Sequence record: LC778249.1
Direction: 5' to 3' (one strand)
DNA: 64,000 nt
Of this stretch, positions 36,617-45,594 are shown piece after piece; position 1 is the stretch's first letter, and each line of letters starts with the position of its first letter. The notes beneath the pieces are model-generated. The model did no database searches. It was not told where the DNA came from and worked only from the letters and a program-made list of their open reading frames with translations. Position numbers and translations under genes: made by a program.

Positions 36617-37671
36617 TGGATATCTATTTGGTAGGTGGTGCAGTTCGAGATATGGTAATGGGTGTCGAGCCTAAAGATCGCGATTATGTCGTGGTTGGCG
36701 CAACCCACGAAGATATGATGGAAGCTGGTTATCAGAAAGTTGGTGCCGATTTCCCTGTATATCTCGATGATCTCGGTCAGGAGTATGCTCTCGCACGGAC
36801 TGAACGGTCTACTGGTAAAGGCTATAACGATTTCGTTACCGACTTTAACCCACGTGTAACACTGGAAGAAGATCTGAAACGTCGCGATTTCACCATGAAC
36901 GCGATGGCACTGAATTTTAACGGCGTAGTCGTTGATCCATACGGTGGTCAAAAAGACATCAAAGCCGGCGTTATCAACGTTGTGAATGAACACGCATTTC
37001 ATGAGGATCCAGTGCGAGCTTTTCGCGCTTGTCGCTTCGGCGCTCGTTATGATATGCGCTTGTCTGAAATGACCATAGAGTGCATTGATCGGTGCATCGA
37101 AGATGGACGAATGGCACACCTCACAACTGAGCGCATCTGGAAAGAGTACGAAAAAGCATTCGGTCCTAAATTCAGCGAATTTATTTTCCTGACAAAGGTG
37201 ACTGGTGTCGATCAAGCTCTTGGATACAATCTGGAATATGGTAATCTCCGGTATCTGAGACAAGCCGATCCGTTGCTGCAATTTGCAAGCGTCGCTCTCG
37301 CGTCGGACATGGCACCGTTTTACAAAGTTGCCAAAGTTCCGAGCGATTACAAGAAGTTTGCGATGATTGCCGCTAAGTTCTTTGTCCCTATGAAAGAGAA
37401 AATCGATCACAATGCCGATTACTCCAGCATTGTTTATCATATGCTGAATGCAACGAAGGACAAGTTCCGTGAGGAGTTGTTCGAGCTGATCGATCTTACC
37501 CATTGGGTCGATTTGAACGATGTTTTTCGATTCACAAAAGAAAAGCTTAAAAAGATTGAAAAAGCATTTGACAGCGTAACGTCGGAACAGTATAGTGGCA
37601 TCAGTGGGCCAGAGCTTGGTAAAGCAATCCAGCTTGGTCGAATCGAAGCTATCAAAGCCGCAATGCGGTAA
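36616..37671 (+). CDS. cca: tRNA nucleotidyltransferase (CCA-adding, class II)
   Basis: YLVGGAVRD..KDRDYVV, EYALARTER, LEEDLKRRDFTMNAMA, EDPVRAFR. Confidence 0.95.
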   Translation: MDIYLVGGAVRDMVMGVEPKDRDYVVVGATHEDMMEAGYQKVGADFPVYLDDLGQEYALARTERSTGKGYNDFVTDFNPRVTLEEDLKRRDFTMNAMALNFNGVVVDPYGGQKDIKAGVINVVNEHAFHEDPVRAFRACRFGARYDMRLSEMTIECIDRCIEDGRMAHLTTERIWKEYEKAFGPKFSEFIFLTKVTGVDQALGYNLEYGNLRYLRQADPLLQFASVALASDMAPFYKVAKVPSDYKKFAMIAAKFFVPMKEKIDHNADYSSIVYHMLNATKDKFREELFELIDLTHWVDLNDVFRFTKEKLKKIEKAFDSVTSEQYSGISGPELGKAIQLGRIEAIKAAMR

Positions 37672-37685
37672 CTGAGGAAATTGTC

Positions 37686-38747
37686 ATGTTCTACCTGATT
37701 TTGATCGTACCACTGCTTGTACCGTTCATATACAAATTCTGGTTCAAGCGCACGTATACCTATGGCGAAATGGCTGCCAACGCGGCCATCGCTGTGGCGT
37801 TGACTGGATTAGTTTATGGAATGGGTGCATATCGAGCGATGTACGATACCGAGATCTTGAGTGGGTACGTGACATCCAAAGAGCGCACATGGGTTAGCTG
37901 TTCGCATAGTTATGATTGCCGGTGTCGCCAAGTTCGAACTTGTTCCGGATCTGGTAAAAATCGGTCCTGCTCTACAACTCGCCAATGCGATACTTGTTAT
38001 GAACACTCAAACGACTGGGATTGGGACGTACACACTACGGTAGGTAACTTTGAGATTGATCGAATCGACCGTCGTGGCACTCTTGAGCCACCACGTTTTT
38101 CGAAAGTCGTAATCGGTGATCCAGCAGCGCGTGAACACGGATATACCAACTACATCAAAGCGGCACCAGATTCTCTGTTTGCGCACGACAAGAATTTGAT
38201 TGAAGCGTATAAGAACAAGATTCCGAAATATCCAGAAGTGTATGATTACTATAACGTTAATCGTGTAATCAATCTCACCGGAGCGAATACCAAAGATTGG
38301 AATATGTATCTGTCTGAGGCATTGAAGTCTTTGGGCAAAGATAAGCAGTTGAATATTATTGCCGTTTTGACCAATGAACCACTTGAATTCTCTCAAGCAC
38401 TGTTCTATAATTGGGCCGGTGGTAAGAAAAATGATGTCGTTATGGCGTTTGGCATCGAAAAAGGCACTAACAAAGTAGCATGGTTCCAGAGCACAAGTTT
38501 GGGCAATGGGATGGGTAACCAAGAACTCCATATTACTCTGCGAAATGAGTCGGTTGATAAAGAAATATCGCTTGACTTGCTGAAACAGAATGTTAGTATT
38601 ATCGCAAACAAATACAACCGTCTGCCGATGGAACAGTTTGAATATCTGAAAGATCAAAGCGAACCTCCCTTGTGGGTAGTGATTCTCGCTCTTGTGATGG
38701 GTATCGGGTCGTCTATCGCTGTTGGTTACTTCTTCTCCAGAGATTAA
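37686..38747 (+). CDS. membrane protein with Cys-rich and TPM-like domains
   Basis: Two N-terminal TMs, Cys-rich segment, ALFYNWAGGKKNDVVMAFG, C-terminal TM. Confidence 0.6.
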   Translation: MFYLILIVPLLVPFIYKFWFKRTYTYGEMAANAAIAVALTGLVYGMGAYRAMYDTEILSGYVTSKERTWVSCSHSYDCRCRQVRTCSGSGKNRSCSTTRQCDTCYEHSNDWDWDVHTTVGNFEIDRIDRRGTLEPPRFSKVVIGDPAAREHGYTNYIKAAPDSLFAHDKNLIEAYKNKIPKYPEVYDYYNVNRVINLTGANTKDWNMYLSEALKSLGKDKQLNIIAVLTNEPLEFSQALFYNWAGGKKNDVVMAFGIEKGTNKVAWFQSTSLGNGMGNQELHITLRNESVDKEISLDLLKQNVSIIANKYNRLPMEQFEYLKDQSEPPLWVVILALVMGIGSSIAVGYFFSRD

Positions 38748-38808
38748 AATGATTGACAAAATTGGTTGGTCTCTGGTTATATTCTCAATGATGTTAAAGG
38801 AAATGAAA

Positions 38809-39372
38809 ATGAATAAAACTCTGATTGCTGTTCTGGTTCTGGTTATCGGTCTGATTGTTGTTCCTGTACTGGGCTTTGTTGGGATGTACGTCAGTACCTC
38901 GAATACCAATACTCAGTTCGAAACGAATATCGAGAAGTTCCACAAAGCGAGCCAGAACACTCTGAGCGCGTATACTCTCAAGATTCGTGATATGGCACAG
39001 ATTCCAGAAATGTATACCGCAGATCTGAAAAAAGTAATCGACGCAACTTTCCAGGGTCGCTACGGTAAAGACGGGTCAAAGGCTGTTACTCAGTTCATGA
39101 CTGAAAATAATCTGCCGTTCGATTCCAGCATGTATAAGAGTCTGCAAGTTGCTATGGAAGCTGGTCGCAATGAGTTCAAACTGAGCCAAGATAAGAAGCT
39201 GGATGTTTGTGGTGGCTATGAAAACCAACGTAACTTCGTGATGTCTGGCTTTATGTCTCGACTCGCGGGTTTCCCAAAGAAAGACGTTGATTCTCTGTGT
39301 AAGATTGTTCTTGACAAAGAAACCAACGAAGCTTTCGAAACCGGTGAAGCCAAGACTATCAAACTCCGTTAA
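38809..39372 (+). CDS. LemA-like membrane protein
   Basis: N-terminal TM then helical domain ending SRLAGFP. Confidence 0.6.
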   Translation: MNKTLIAVLVLVIGLIVVPVLGFVGMYVSTSNTNTQFETNIEKFHKASQNTLSAYTLKIRDMAQIPEMYTADLKKVIDATFQGRYGKDGSKAVTQFMTENNLPFDSSMYKSLQVAMEAGRNEFKLSQDKKLDVCGGYENQRNFVMSGFMSRLAGFPKKDVDSLCKIVLDKETNEAFETGEAKTIKLR

Positions 39373-39466
39373 TCAAGAATCCCGCTTCGGCGGGATTTTT
39401 TTTTCAAAAGTGCTTGCATCGAGACATGAGCCTGTTATTATAGCCACATCGAAACGAAACACTGAG
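39370..39466 (+). repeat. terminator plus early promoter cassette, copy 2
   Basis: Direct repeat of 34291-34388; T run one shorter, spacer diverged. Confidence 0.9.
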
Positions 39467-39474
39467 AAAACATC

Positions 39475-39834
39475 ATGACTAAGCAAGACGTAACAATCGC
39501 CAAAGGCCTGCAAACTCTGAAAGAATTGGAAGCTGCTAAACGCCTGGGTTTTCACATTCACAACAACACCCAGCAATTTGTTATGCCGTCTTATATGCTG
39601 TTGGACTCCAAGGGCCAAGTCGCTGTAATCTCTCACAGCAGCGAATACGAGATTTACAAAAAGCTGTTTGGTAAAACTCCGGTTGAACTCGGCAAGAAGT
39701 ATGGTTACAAAACTAGCTTCAACGTGATGGATCGCAAGTTCAACACTCAGAAATTCAAAGTAGTTCAGATCATCAGCAACAACGAAATCACCGTTCTGTG
39801 CGATAACGGCACCGAAATTACTTTCAAAAAGTGA
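39475..39834 (+). CDS. hypothetical early protein
   Basis: Follows the cassette; strongly biased codons. Confidence 0.75.
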   Translation: MTKQDVTIAKGLQTLKELEAAKRLGFHIHNNTQQFVMPSYMLLDSKGQVAVISHSSEYEIYKKLFGKTPVELGKKYGYKTSFNVMDRKFNTQKFKVVQIISNNEITVLCDNGTEITFKK

Positions 39835-39889
39835 TTGACTGAGTTATGTGGGCATGATAATATGCCAACAACAAAATGAGGAAGACATC

Positions 39890-40111
39890 ATGCACGAATT
39901 TATGATCAAGATTGGTTACACTCTGATTTCCAATAAAGAAGAATTTACCAAGTTTTGCGAACAATACAATTTCGGTCGTTGGTTGTTTATGGATCGGGAT
40001 TACGAAGAACACGAATTTCCTCTTTATATGAAAGAAGTGATGACCGAAGATAACGGATACGGTCAAGGTGTTCTGAACTTCTCTACAGTCAAACCGGAGT
40101 TGGTAAAATGA
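39890..40111 (+). CDS. hypothetical protein
   Basis: GAGGA SD; promoter TTGACT..TAATAT at 39835-39863. Confidence 0.7.
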   Translation: MHEFMIKIGYTLISNKEEFTKFCEQYNFGRWLFMDRDYEEHEFPLYMKEVMTEDNGYGQGVLNFSTVKPELVK

Positions 40112-40533
40112 AACGATATCAAGCTTTGATTTTAGGTGCCGTAATCAGTACAGGTTCTTTCGTTCTGGGCATGAACAGCGTTACACCAGTTAAAATCATC
40201 GAAGGTCCTTTTGTAGTAAAACCGAAGCAATTAAGCGAATACGAAGACAAACTGGTACAGGACGTAATCGACGAATATGCCGATTTAGTTGATAAAAAGA
40301 TTCAGTATCAACAAGAGGAATTAGATCTGAGAGGTAGCGATATTCTTCCTACCATAAAACGCGCAAATGATAGCTTGATTTCGATTAGAGGATTAGAAGT
40401 TCGCGCCGCTTGTCAGATATATGATTTGTATGAACAACGACAGTCAGTTGATGACTTGCAATATGGTTCAGAGGAACAAATCAAACTGCAAGCAGTTCAT
40501 AACATTTGTGGCGAACAAGGGGTTTTCCTGTGA
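40108..40533 (+). CDS. signal-anchored hypothetical protein
   Basis: Hydrophobic N-terminus. Confidence 0.7.
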   Translation: MKRYQALILGAVISTGSFVLGMNSVTPVKIIEGPFVVKPKQLSEYEDKLVQDVIDEYADLVDKKIQYQQEELDLRGSDILPTIKRANDSLISIRGLEVRAACQIYDLYEQRQSVDDLQYGSEEQIKLQAVHNICGEQGVFL

Positions 40534-40885
40534 AACATCAAAAGGCATACTTAATCGCAATGGCAGTCATTACCGTGTGTATGTTTCCGCTCTAATTTCC
40601 ATTGCTCACTGGAAGCGTCAAAATAATTGGACACTCGAAGTTGAGACGGCACAACAAGACGTCAGGTTATACATGACAATGGTAGAAAATGATAATCTGA
40701 CATTGGAAATACTGAAACGAGCTAGTAATCCAAGTATGGAGTTGATCAGTAAAGCCAGCGAATCCAAAGGATTCCGTCTTGCACAATTGACCCAATCGTG
40801 TAAGAATCTGGAATCAAAGCGGGTATACGCAATCGAACTAAATTCTTCCATGAAATACTTTAACGAATGCGAGAAATATCTGTGA
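40530..40885 (+). pseudogene. apparently frameshifted signal-anchored gene
   Basis: GTG start gives a 21-aa hydrophobic peptide stopping at 40595; the -1 frame continues for ~100 aa. Confidence 0.5.
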
Positions 40886-41136
40886 TTATCAAAGCATCTA
40901 TCATTGCGGCACTTAGCTTAATCAGTAGTGGTTTTGTTGCGGCACAAGCAATTAGAACAGATCTCGAAACTGTTATGCAGCGCATGGAGAAAAACATTTT
41001 CGTTTATGACGAATATCCAAAGCTGTGTGAGCTGCATAACTCGGTCTCTCTTCGGACGCTTTATTTCATGTCCAATCCGTTTCGGGATTATACCGAGTTT
41101 GATCGTGTCACAACTTTTTGTGAGGGTTTGAAATGA
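40867..41136 (+). CDS. signal-peptide hypothetical protein
   Basis: Hydrophobic N-terminus ending AAQA. Confidence 0.6.
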   Translation: MREISVIIKASIIAALSLISSGFVAAQAIRTDLETVMQRMEKNIFVYDEYPKLCELHNSVSLRTLYFMSNPFRDYTEFDRVTTFCEGLK

Positions 41137-41327
41137 GTCTGAAATATGGGCTACCAGAATATGTTGTCGGTCGTCCCTGTCAAGTTTTGATCAGCGGATA
41201 CAGCTATCGTGCTGTGATAGTGAGAGATAACGGAGACACAATCACGGCAACTGTAGATGGTAAGACAGTAGAAGTACCGAAGACCAACACATTCGCATCT
41301 AGCTATTATTGGGTGGAAGTGAAATAA
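41133..41327 (+). CDS. small beta-rich hypothetical protein
   Basis: GAGG SD, coupled. Confidence 0.65.
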   Translation: MSLKYGLPEYVVGRPCQVLISGYSYRAVIVRDNGDTITATVDGKTVEVPKTNTFASSYYWVEVK

Positions 41328-41560
41328 TGTTCGAAGAAAACGAATTGGTAGTTGTGATATGGAACGGTTCCGTATACACTGCCAGTTATATTCAGTTATG
41401 CGAATCCGGCGCTCATATGGTGCGGATCCCAGTTTTGAACCTGACAACAACAATCTTACAATTTAACATTTGGGAGCCAACATGCTTCACGATACCAAGT
41501 TGCTTACATCGGGATACGGTGAAATCGCTGAGTTCAGTTCCATTTACCCACCGCTGCTGA
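41327..41560 (+). CDS. hypothetical protein
   Basis: TAATG coupling; 79-nt overlap with the next gene. Confidence 0.5.
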   Translation: MFEENELVVVIWNGSVYTASYIQLCESGAHMVRIPVLNLTTTILQFNIWEPTCFTIPSCLHRDTVKSLSSVPFTHRC

Positions 41561-41979
41561 TCATAGAACCAGGGATGAAAGACAAGGTAGAACGGCAGAT
41601 CATGCAGTCGTTTGAGCCGATGTATTCACTTTCGAATCAAACTCTATCTGAAATGCGATCTGCTTGGCGTGAATTGGCGGTGTGTTATCACTTCGCAAAG
41701 AACATTAAGCCAGAATACGTAATGAAGGCTGCTGGCGTATTCGCTGCGCACATGGATTTTGTGTGTCTGGTATGGAGAAATCTGCCGAATGATCAGTGGG
41801 TTAAATCCTATCTGAAAAACCACACACCACCGTTGATGGGACTTCGCGATAAGTCGCTTAGTCATGAATCGATGACGTTTACCTTGTTGCAAGATGACTT
41901 GGGACGAGTTAACTATCACGTTTATTTCGAGGCGTACAACGAGACACAAATAAAACTGTTGAAGCGGATGAAAAAATAG
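41482..41979 (+). CDS. hypothetical protein
   Basis: GGGAG SD. Confidence 0.65.
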   Translation: MLHDTKLLTSGYGEIAEFSSIYPPLLIIEPGMKDKVERQIMQSFEPMYSLSNQTLSEMRSAWRELAVCYHFAKNIKPEYVMKAAGVFAAHMDFVCLVWRNLPNDQWVKSYLKNHTPPLMGLRDKSLSHESMTFTLLQDDLGRVNYHVYFEAYNETQIKLLKRMKK

Positions 41980-42007
41980 TTGATTTCTGAATTCAAATCT
42001 GTATAAT
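41980..42007 (+). promoter_or_regulatory. early promoter
   Basis: TTGATT-16-TATAAT. Confidence 0.65.
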
Positions 42008-42064
42008 AGTTCACATGAGTTAAGCCACCGCTCTGAGTGTGGCGTCCAAAGGAGTTTTGGTAAA

Positions 42065-43117
42065 ATGAAAATGTATGACAAAGCTGTAGTAAACGGTCGG
42101 TATCAAATCAACCACATCGGCCATCTGGAAATGATTCGCGTTGCAATGAGCGTTGCACAAAAGGTATACATCATCCTGGGTTCTGCGAATGCGTTTCCGA
42201 ATATGAAAAACCCATTCCGTCCTGCTGAACGTGAGGCAATGCTTCGTGTCGCGATGAAAGACTACGGTCTGAATCCGAACGATGTATACTTCCGTTATGT
42301 GGATGACAGCAATTACACCAACGAACGTTGGCAAGCTGATATCCGCGACGCGGTAGACGAACAAATGGGCGACAAGATCACCATGGTTGGTAACAAGAAA
42401 GACAAGAACAGTTGGTGGCTGGAGACTTTTGGCTGGGAACTGACTGAGATCGAATGTCAGATGCACAACGGTAAGCCGATCAGTGCAACTTTCATCCGTG
42501 ATTCTTTCTTTGATCCTGCATTTGACTTTGAAAGTCTGCACAGCGAGATCGTTACTCCGGGTGTGATTGCTTGGCTGAAATCCTACAAAGTCAAGAAAGC
42601 AGAAGAATACAATCGACTGGCTAAAGAACATCAGCACAACAAAAAAGAACTCAAGAAGATGGAAGCGTATCCATATCGTGAGGCTCTGAACTGCTCTACT
42701 GGTGATGCCGTCGTTACTTGCAATGGTCACCTGCTCGTTACAATTCGTGGTAATCTTCCTGGTTTGGGTGCGTATGCACTGCCTGGTGGTCACAAGAATG
42801 AAGACGAGACCTATAAAGAATGTGCGATTCGCGAACTGCGCGAGGAAGTACGTCTTAAAGTGCCGGAGCGCGTAATTCGTGGTTCGGTCAAGAAAGAGAA
42901 GATTTTCGACTATCCGGGACGTAGCTATCCGATCTGCAAACCGACTCTGGCTCTGTATATCGAACTGCAACCCGATGCTGATGGTAAACTGCCAGCGGTT
43001 AAGCCGCGCGATGAAGTTCGCGATGTATTCTGGATGCCAATGCACATGGTACGCCGTAACCGTCACAACTTCTTTGATGATCATTATGAAATAGTTTCCT
43101 ATTTTTGCGGCATCTAA
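42065..43117 (+). CDS. bifunctional NMN adenylyltransferase / ADP-ribose pyrophosphatase (NadM-Nudix, NatV-like)
   Basis: GRYQINHIGH, GSAN..KNPF; C-terminal LPGGH..ET..ECAIRELREEV, FFDDHYEI. Confidence 0.92.
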   Translation: MKMYDKAVVNGRYQINHIGHLEMIRVAMSVAQKVYIILGSANAFPNMKNPFRPAEREAMLRVAMKDYGLNPNDVYFRYVDDSNYTNERWQADIRDAVDEQMGDKITMVGNKKDKNSWWLETFGWELTEIECQMHNGKPISATFIRDSFFDPAFDFESLHSEIVTPGVIAWLKSYKVKKAEEYNRLAKEHQHNKKELKKMEAYPYREALNCSTGDAVVTCNGHLLVTIRGNLPGLGAYALPGGHKNEDETYKECAIRELREEVRLKVPERVIRGSVKKEKIFDYPGRSYPICKPTLALYIELQPDADGKLPAVKPRDEVRDVFWMPMHMVRRNRHNFFDDHYEIVSYFCGI

Positions 43118-43123
43118 TAACAA

Positions 43124-43155
43124 GAAAGGCGAGTCAATGACTCGCCTTTTCTTTT
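43124..43155. terminator. bidirectional terminator overlapping the HNH stop
   Basis: AAAGGCGAGTC-AAT-GACTCGCCTTT with A/T tracts on both sides. Confidence 0.8.
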
Positions 43156-43835
43156 TCTGCTCTGCGTCTTGCGTTGTAAGCTAAACCGGCAAGTCGTCTG
43201 ATTTCTTTATTTTCTTCCGACATTGGCTTTCCTTTCTTAGCCGCACTCATGTTTGCTTTGCTTTCTTCTGAATGCGTTCTGCCTTTATTTTTGGAACTAA
43301 TTAATTGTCGTCTTTCCTTATCCTTCATTCTTTCTTCGTCTGTCATAGATTCAAGTCGTTTTTTATGTGCGGCTGACATCTTCAATTTAGTTTCATCCGA
43401 CAACTTTCTTCCCTTATTCATTTCACCCATACGCTTCGAATTATTCAGTTGCTTTTCTGTTCTAGGTATAGTAGAATGACCAATGATAAGTTTTTTCTTA
43501 TGTTCTTCTGTTATCGTTTTGCCCTTATGCAGATTACTGGTGTATATTGCATAATCGCGTTTTAGCCAGCCGAACAACTTGTTATTAACTCGCTTATCGT
43601 TCTTAGAACGAGTCATTATCCTAGCAGCAACGATAAGCGATGAAACTTCCGGGTGCATCTTAACGAGCAGTTGGTGAGCCAAGAAGTGTTCTTCTGGAGT
43701 TAGAATAGCTATATTGCTAGGATCATTACTTCCACCCATGCATTTTGGGAGAATGTGGTGTTTTTCTGTATAGCCTTCGATAACTCTATCAATAGAGCGG
43801 TCTATCAAAGACTTGTAAATTTTATGATAATTCAT
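43134..43835 (-). mobile_element. free-standing HNH homing endonuclease with NUMOD3-type repeats
   Basis: EKHHILPKCMGGSND..NIAILTPEEHFLAH; H(S/T)EE(S/H)K..MS..KG repeats; AT-rich; antisense orientation. Confidence 0.88.
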
Positions 43836-43922
43836 TTGATGTTCCCGATTACACACGACACTGATAAAGTGGAAGGGGCGTGTCGGGATACCCTTTTCGA
43901 ATGGCCGTTCTATCCACAATGA

Positions 43923-43929
43923 TATTTAG
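43923..43929 (-). promoter_or_regulatory. late promoter CTAAATA for the HNH gene
   Basis: Same motif as upstream of 34, fibre B and alt. Confidence 0.5.
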
Positions 43930-43944
43930 TTCTTATGGAGTTAT

Positions 43945-44100
43945 ATGTTAAAGCTAAGTTTATGCGTTGCTGCTAATGTGACATGCTTCACCCTTGTTAG
44001 CGTATTCGGAAAGATGGGATTATTTTTAGGAGTCCTATTGACATTGTCCGTGTGTGGCATTATATTGGTAGCACAACACAAAATGAGGAAAACAGTATGA
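43945..44100 (+). CDS. 51-aa two-TM membrane protein
   Basis: GGAG SD; MLKLSLCVAANVTCFTLVSVFGKMGLFLGVLLTLSVCGIILVAQHKMRKTV; ATGA coupling to the next gene; not in the track. Confidence 0.55.
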   Translation: MLKLSLCVAANVTCFTLVSVFGKMGLFLGVLLTLSVCGIILVAQHKMRKTV

Positions 44101-44516
44101 ATGCAGTAGCTAAAGGGTTTGGTGTGATTATTGCCGGTGGTCTAGCAAGTTTCGCGATCGGTGTCGGTATTCTGACTTATGCTGGAACTTACGATGATGT
44201 CAAGGTGTCTATGCCATTGGAAGGCTGCTATCAGACAATCGAGGGATCTAAACATAGCGTGTATCAAGTAAACAAATGTCGTTTCGTGGACGAGCGTGTG
44301 AATGAGTACGTGGAGATCAACTATCATCCACTTGCTTACCAAGACATGGTAAAACACTCGAAAGGCACACATTTCTTGGTAGAAGCCAAGTCAATCGAAG
44401 AACGAAACATCAGCGAAAAGGGTGTCGTCAGTATGCTTGGTGGCGTTGCGCTTGCGTTTCTCGGTCTGATTGGCATGATCATTGCCGATTCATGTGCGAG
44501 TAATAAGCGATGGTAA
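44097..44516 (+). CDS. two-TM membrane protein
   Basis: GAGGA SD; N- and C-terminal hydrophobic helices. Confidence 0.7.
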   Translation: MNAVAKGFGVIIAGGLASFAIGVGILTYAGTYDDVKVSMPLEGCYQTIEGSKHSVYQVNKCRFVDERVNEYVEINYHPLAYQDMVKHSKGTHFLVEAKSIEERNISEKGVVSMLGGVALAFLGLIGMIIADSCASNKRW

Positions 44517-44704
44517 AAGTTCCGAGCTATCGAGTTATCAAAGAAATGCAGGGCGTTCCGTTGAATGCCCTCATTAAAGACGCGAAACAAAGCGATGTAT
44601 CGTGGTTTGGTAAAGGCAAATGTCTCTTGACTTTTCAATACAAAGGCGCAAAGTCAAGAATCGTAACTGGTAATCTAGAAGACTACCTTAGGAGAGTTGA
44701 ATGA
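44510..44704 (+). CDS. hypothetical protein
   Basis: Coupled ORF. Confidence 0.55.
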   Translation: MVKVPSYRVIKEMQGVPLNALIKDAKQSDVSWFGKGKCLLTFQYKGAKSRIVTGNLEDYLRRVE

Positions 44705-45057
44705 TTAAACGTCTGTATGAAGGTCAGGTGATCCGCTTTATTAGCGAAGAACACAAGCAACAATGGCTCCATTGTCTTGGACTTGGAACAAAGAGTGCTG
44801 CTTATATTCGAATCATGAAAGCGATGAATCAGCCTGAAATCCGCATTGATGCGACAATCGACGGCACTGCCGATAAGATCAATGGGATTACAATGACTTA
44901 CAATCCGATTCTGGAAAGCGATTTCGTTTACTTTGAAGAGGTTGGCGAGTCTGAATGCGAAAAGCTGGTGCGCAAGATTCGAGAAGCGTATCAAGCAGGA
45001 AAAGAAAACGAAATTCTCGAACTTTCTCTGAAAAATATCATTGACACCGAAATCTAA
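44701..45057 (+). CDS. hypothetical protein, paralog 1
   Basis: LYEGQVIRFISE..PILESDFVYFEE. Confidence 0.7.
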   Translation: MIKRLYEGQVIRFISEEHKQQWLHCLGLGTKSAAYIRIMKAMNQPEIRIDATIDGTADKINGITMTYNPILESDFVYFEEVGESECEKLVRKIREAYQAGKENEILELSLKNIIDTEI

Positions 45058-45093
45058 CCTGTTAAGATAACTACATCTAAACAAAAAGAGGAA

Positions 45094-45594
45094 ATGAAAA
45101 TGCTGGATACTATGATTATTGGTCAAGAATACGAGTTCATCGACGAAACTGCGCGTTTGAAATATCGCGGTGAGCACTCACAAAACAGAGACACAGCCGA
45201 TAAAATTGGAAATGCAGGCAAGTTCAAACTGATTTCTGGCAAAAACGATGGTGTTATGTATGCGGCTGATGGTAAAGAAGTTGTTAGCGTATATGTCATT
45301 GAAATCAACGGTGAGCGTTTCTCCAAAGAAGTGAATCTGATCTGTCGTGACGAAATGAAATACTTCCAGGAAGCAATTCCTTCCGAAGTTCGCGAAGAAT
45401 CTGAGTTCATGGCAATCCCGTTGTCTCGAATGGTACAACTGTTCAAGCATTATCATCCGACTGCATCCGACTCCAAGATCACAGTCGCTGGTATGCGTCG
45501 TTGCTGGCAAAATCACAAGAAAGTGATCGCAGACGCAAAGCAACGTAAAGCAGATCTGGAATCCGAAATCAAAAATCTGGAGATCTTGCTGTGA
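45094..45594 (+). CDS. hypothetical protein, paralog 2
   Basis: MIIGQEYEFIDE..SQNR..LICRDEMKYFQE. Confidence 0.75.
   Translation: MKMLDTMIIGQEYEFIDETARLKYRGEHSQNRDTADKIGNAGKFKLISGKNDGVMYAADGKEVVSVYVIEINGERFSKEVNLICRDEMKYFQEAIPSEVREESEFMAIPLSRMVQLFKHYHPTASDSKITVAGMRRCWQNHKKVIADAKQRKADLESEIKNLEILL

Noticed and set aside
41482-41560. Long gene overlaps (79 nt here, 65 nt at 46723-46787) as dual coding
   Set aside because: Upstream tails look like read-through after lost stops
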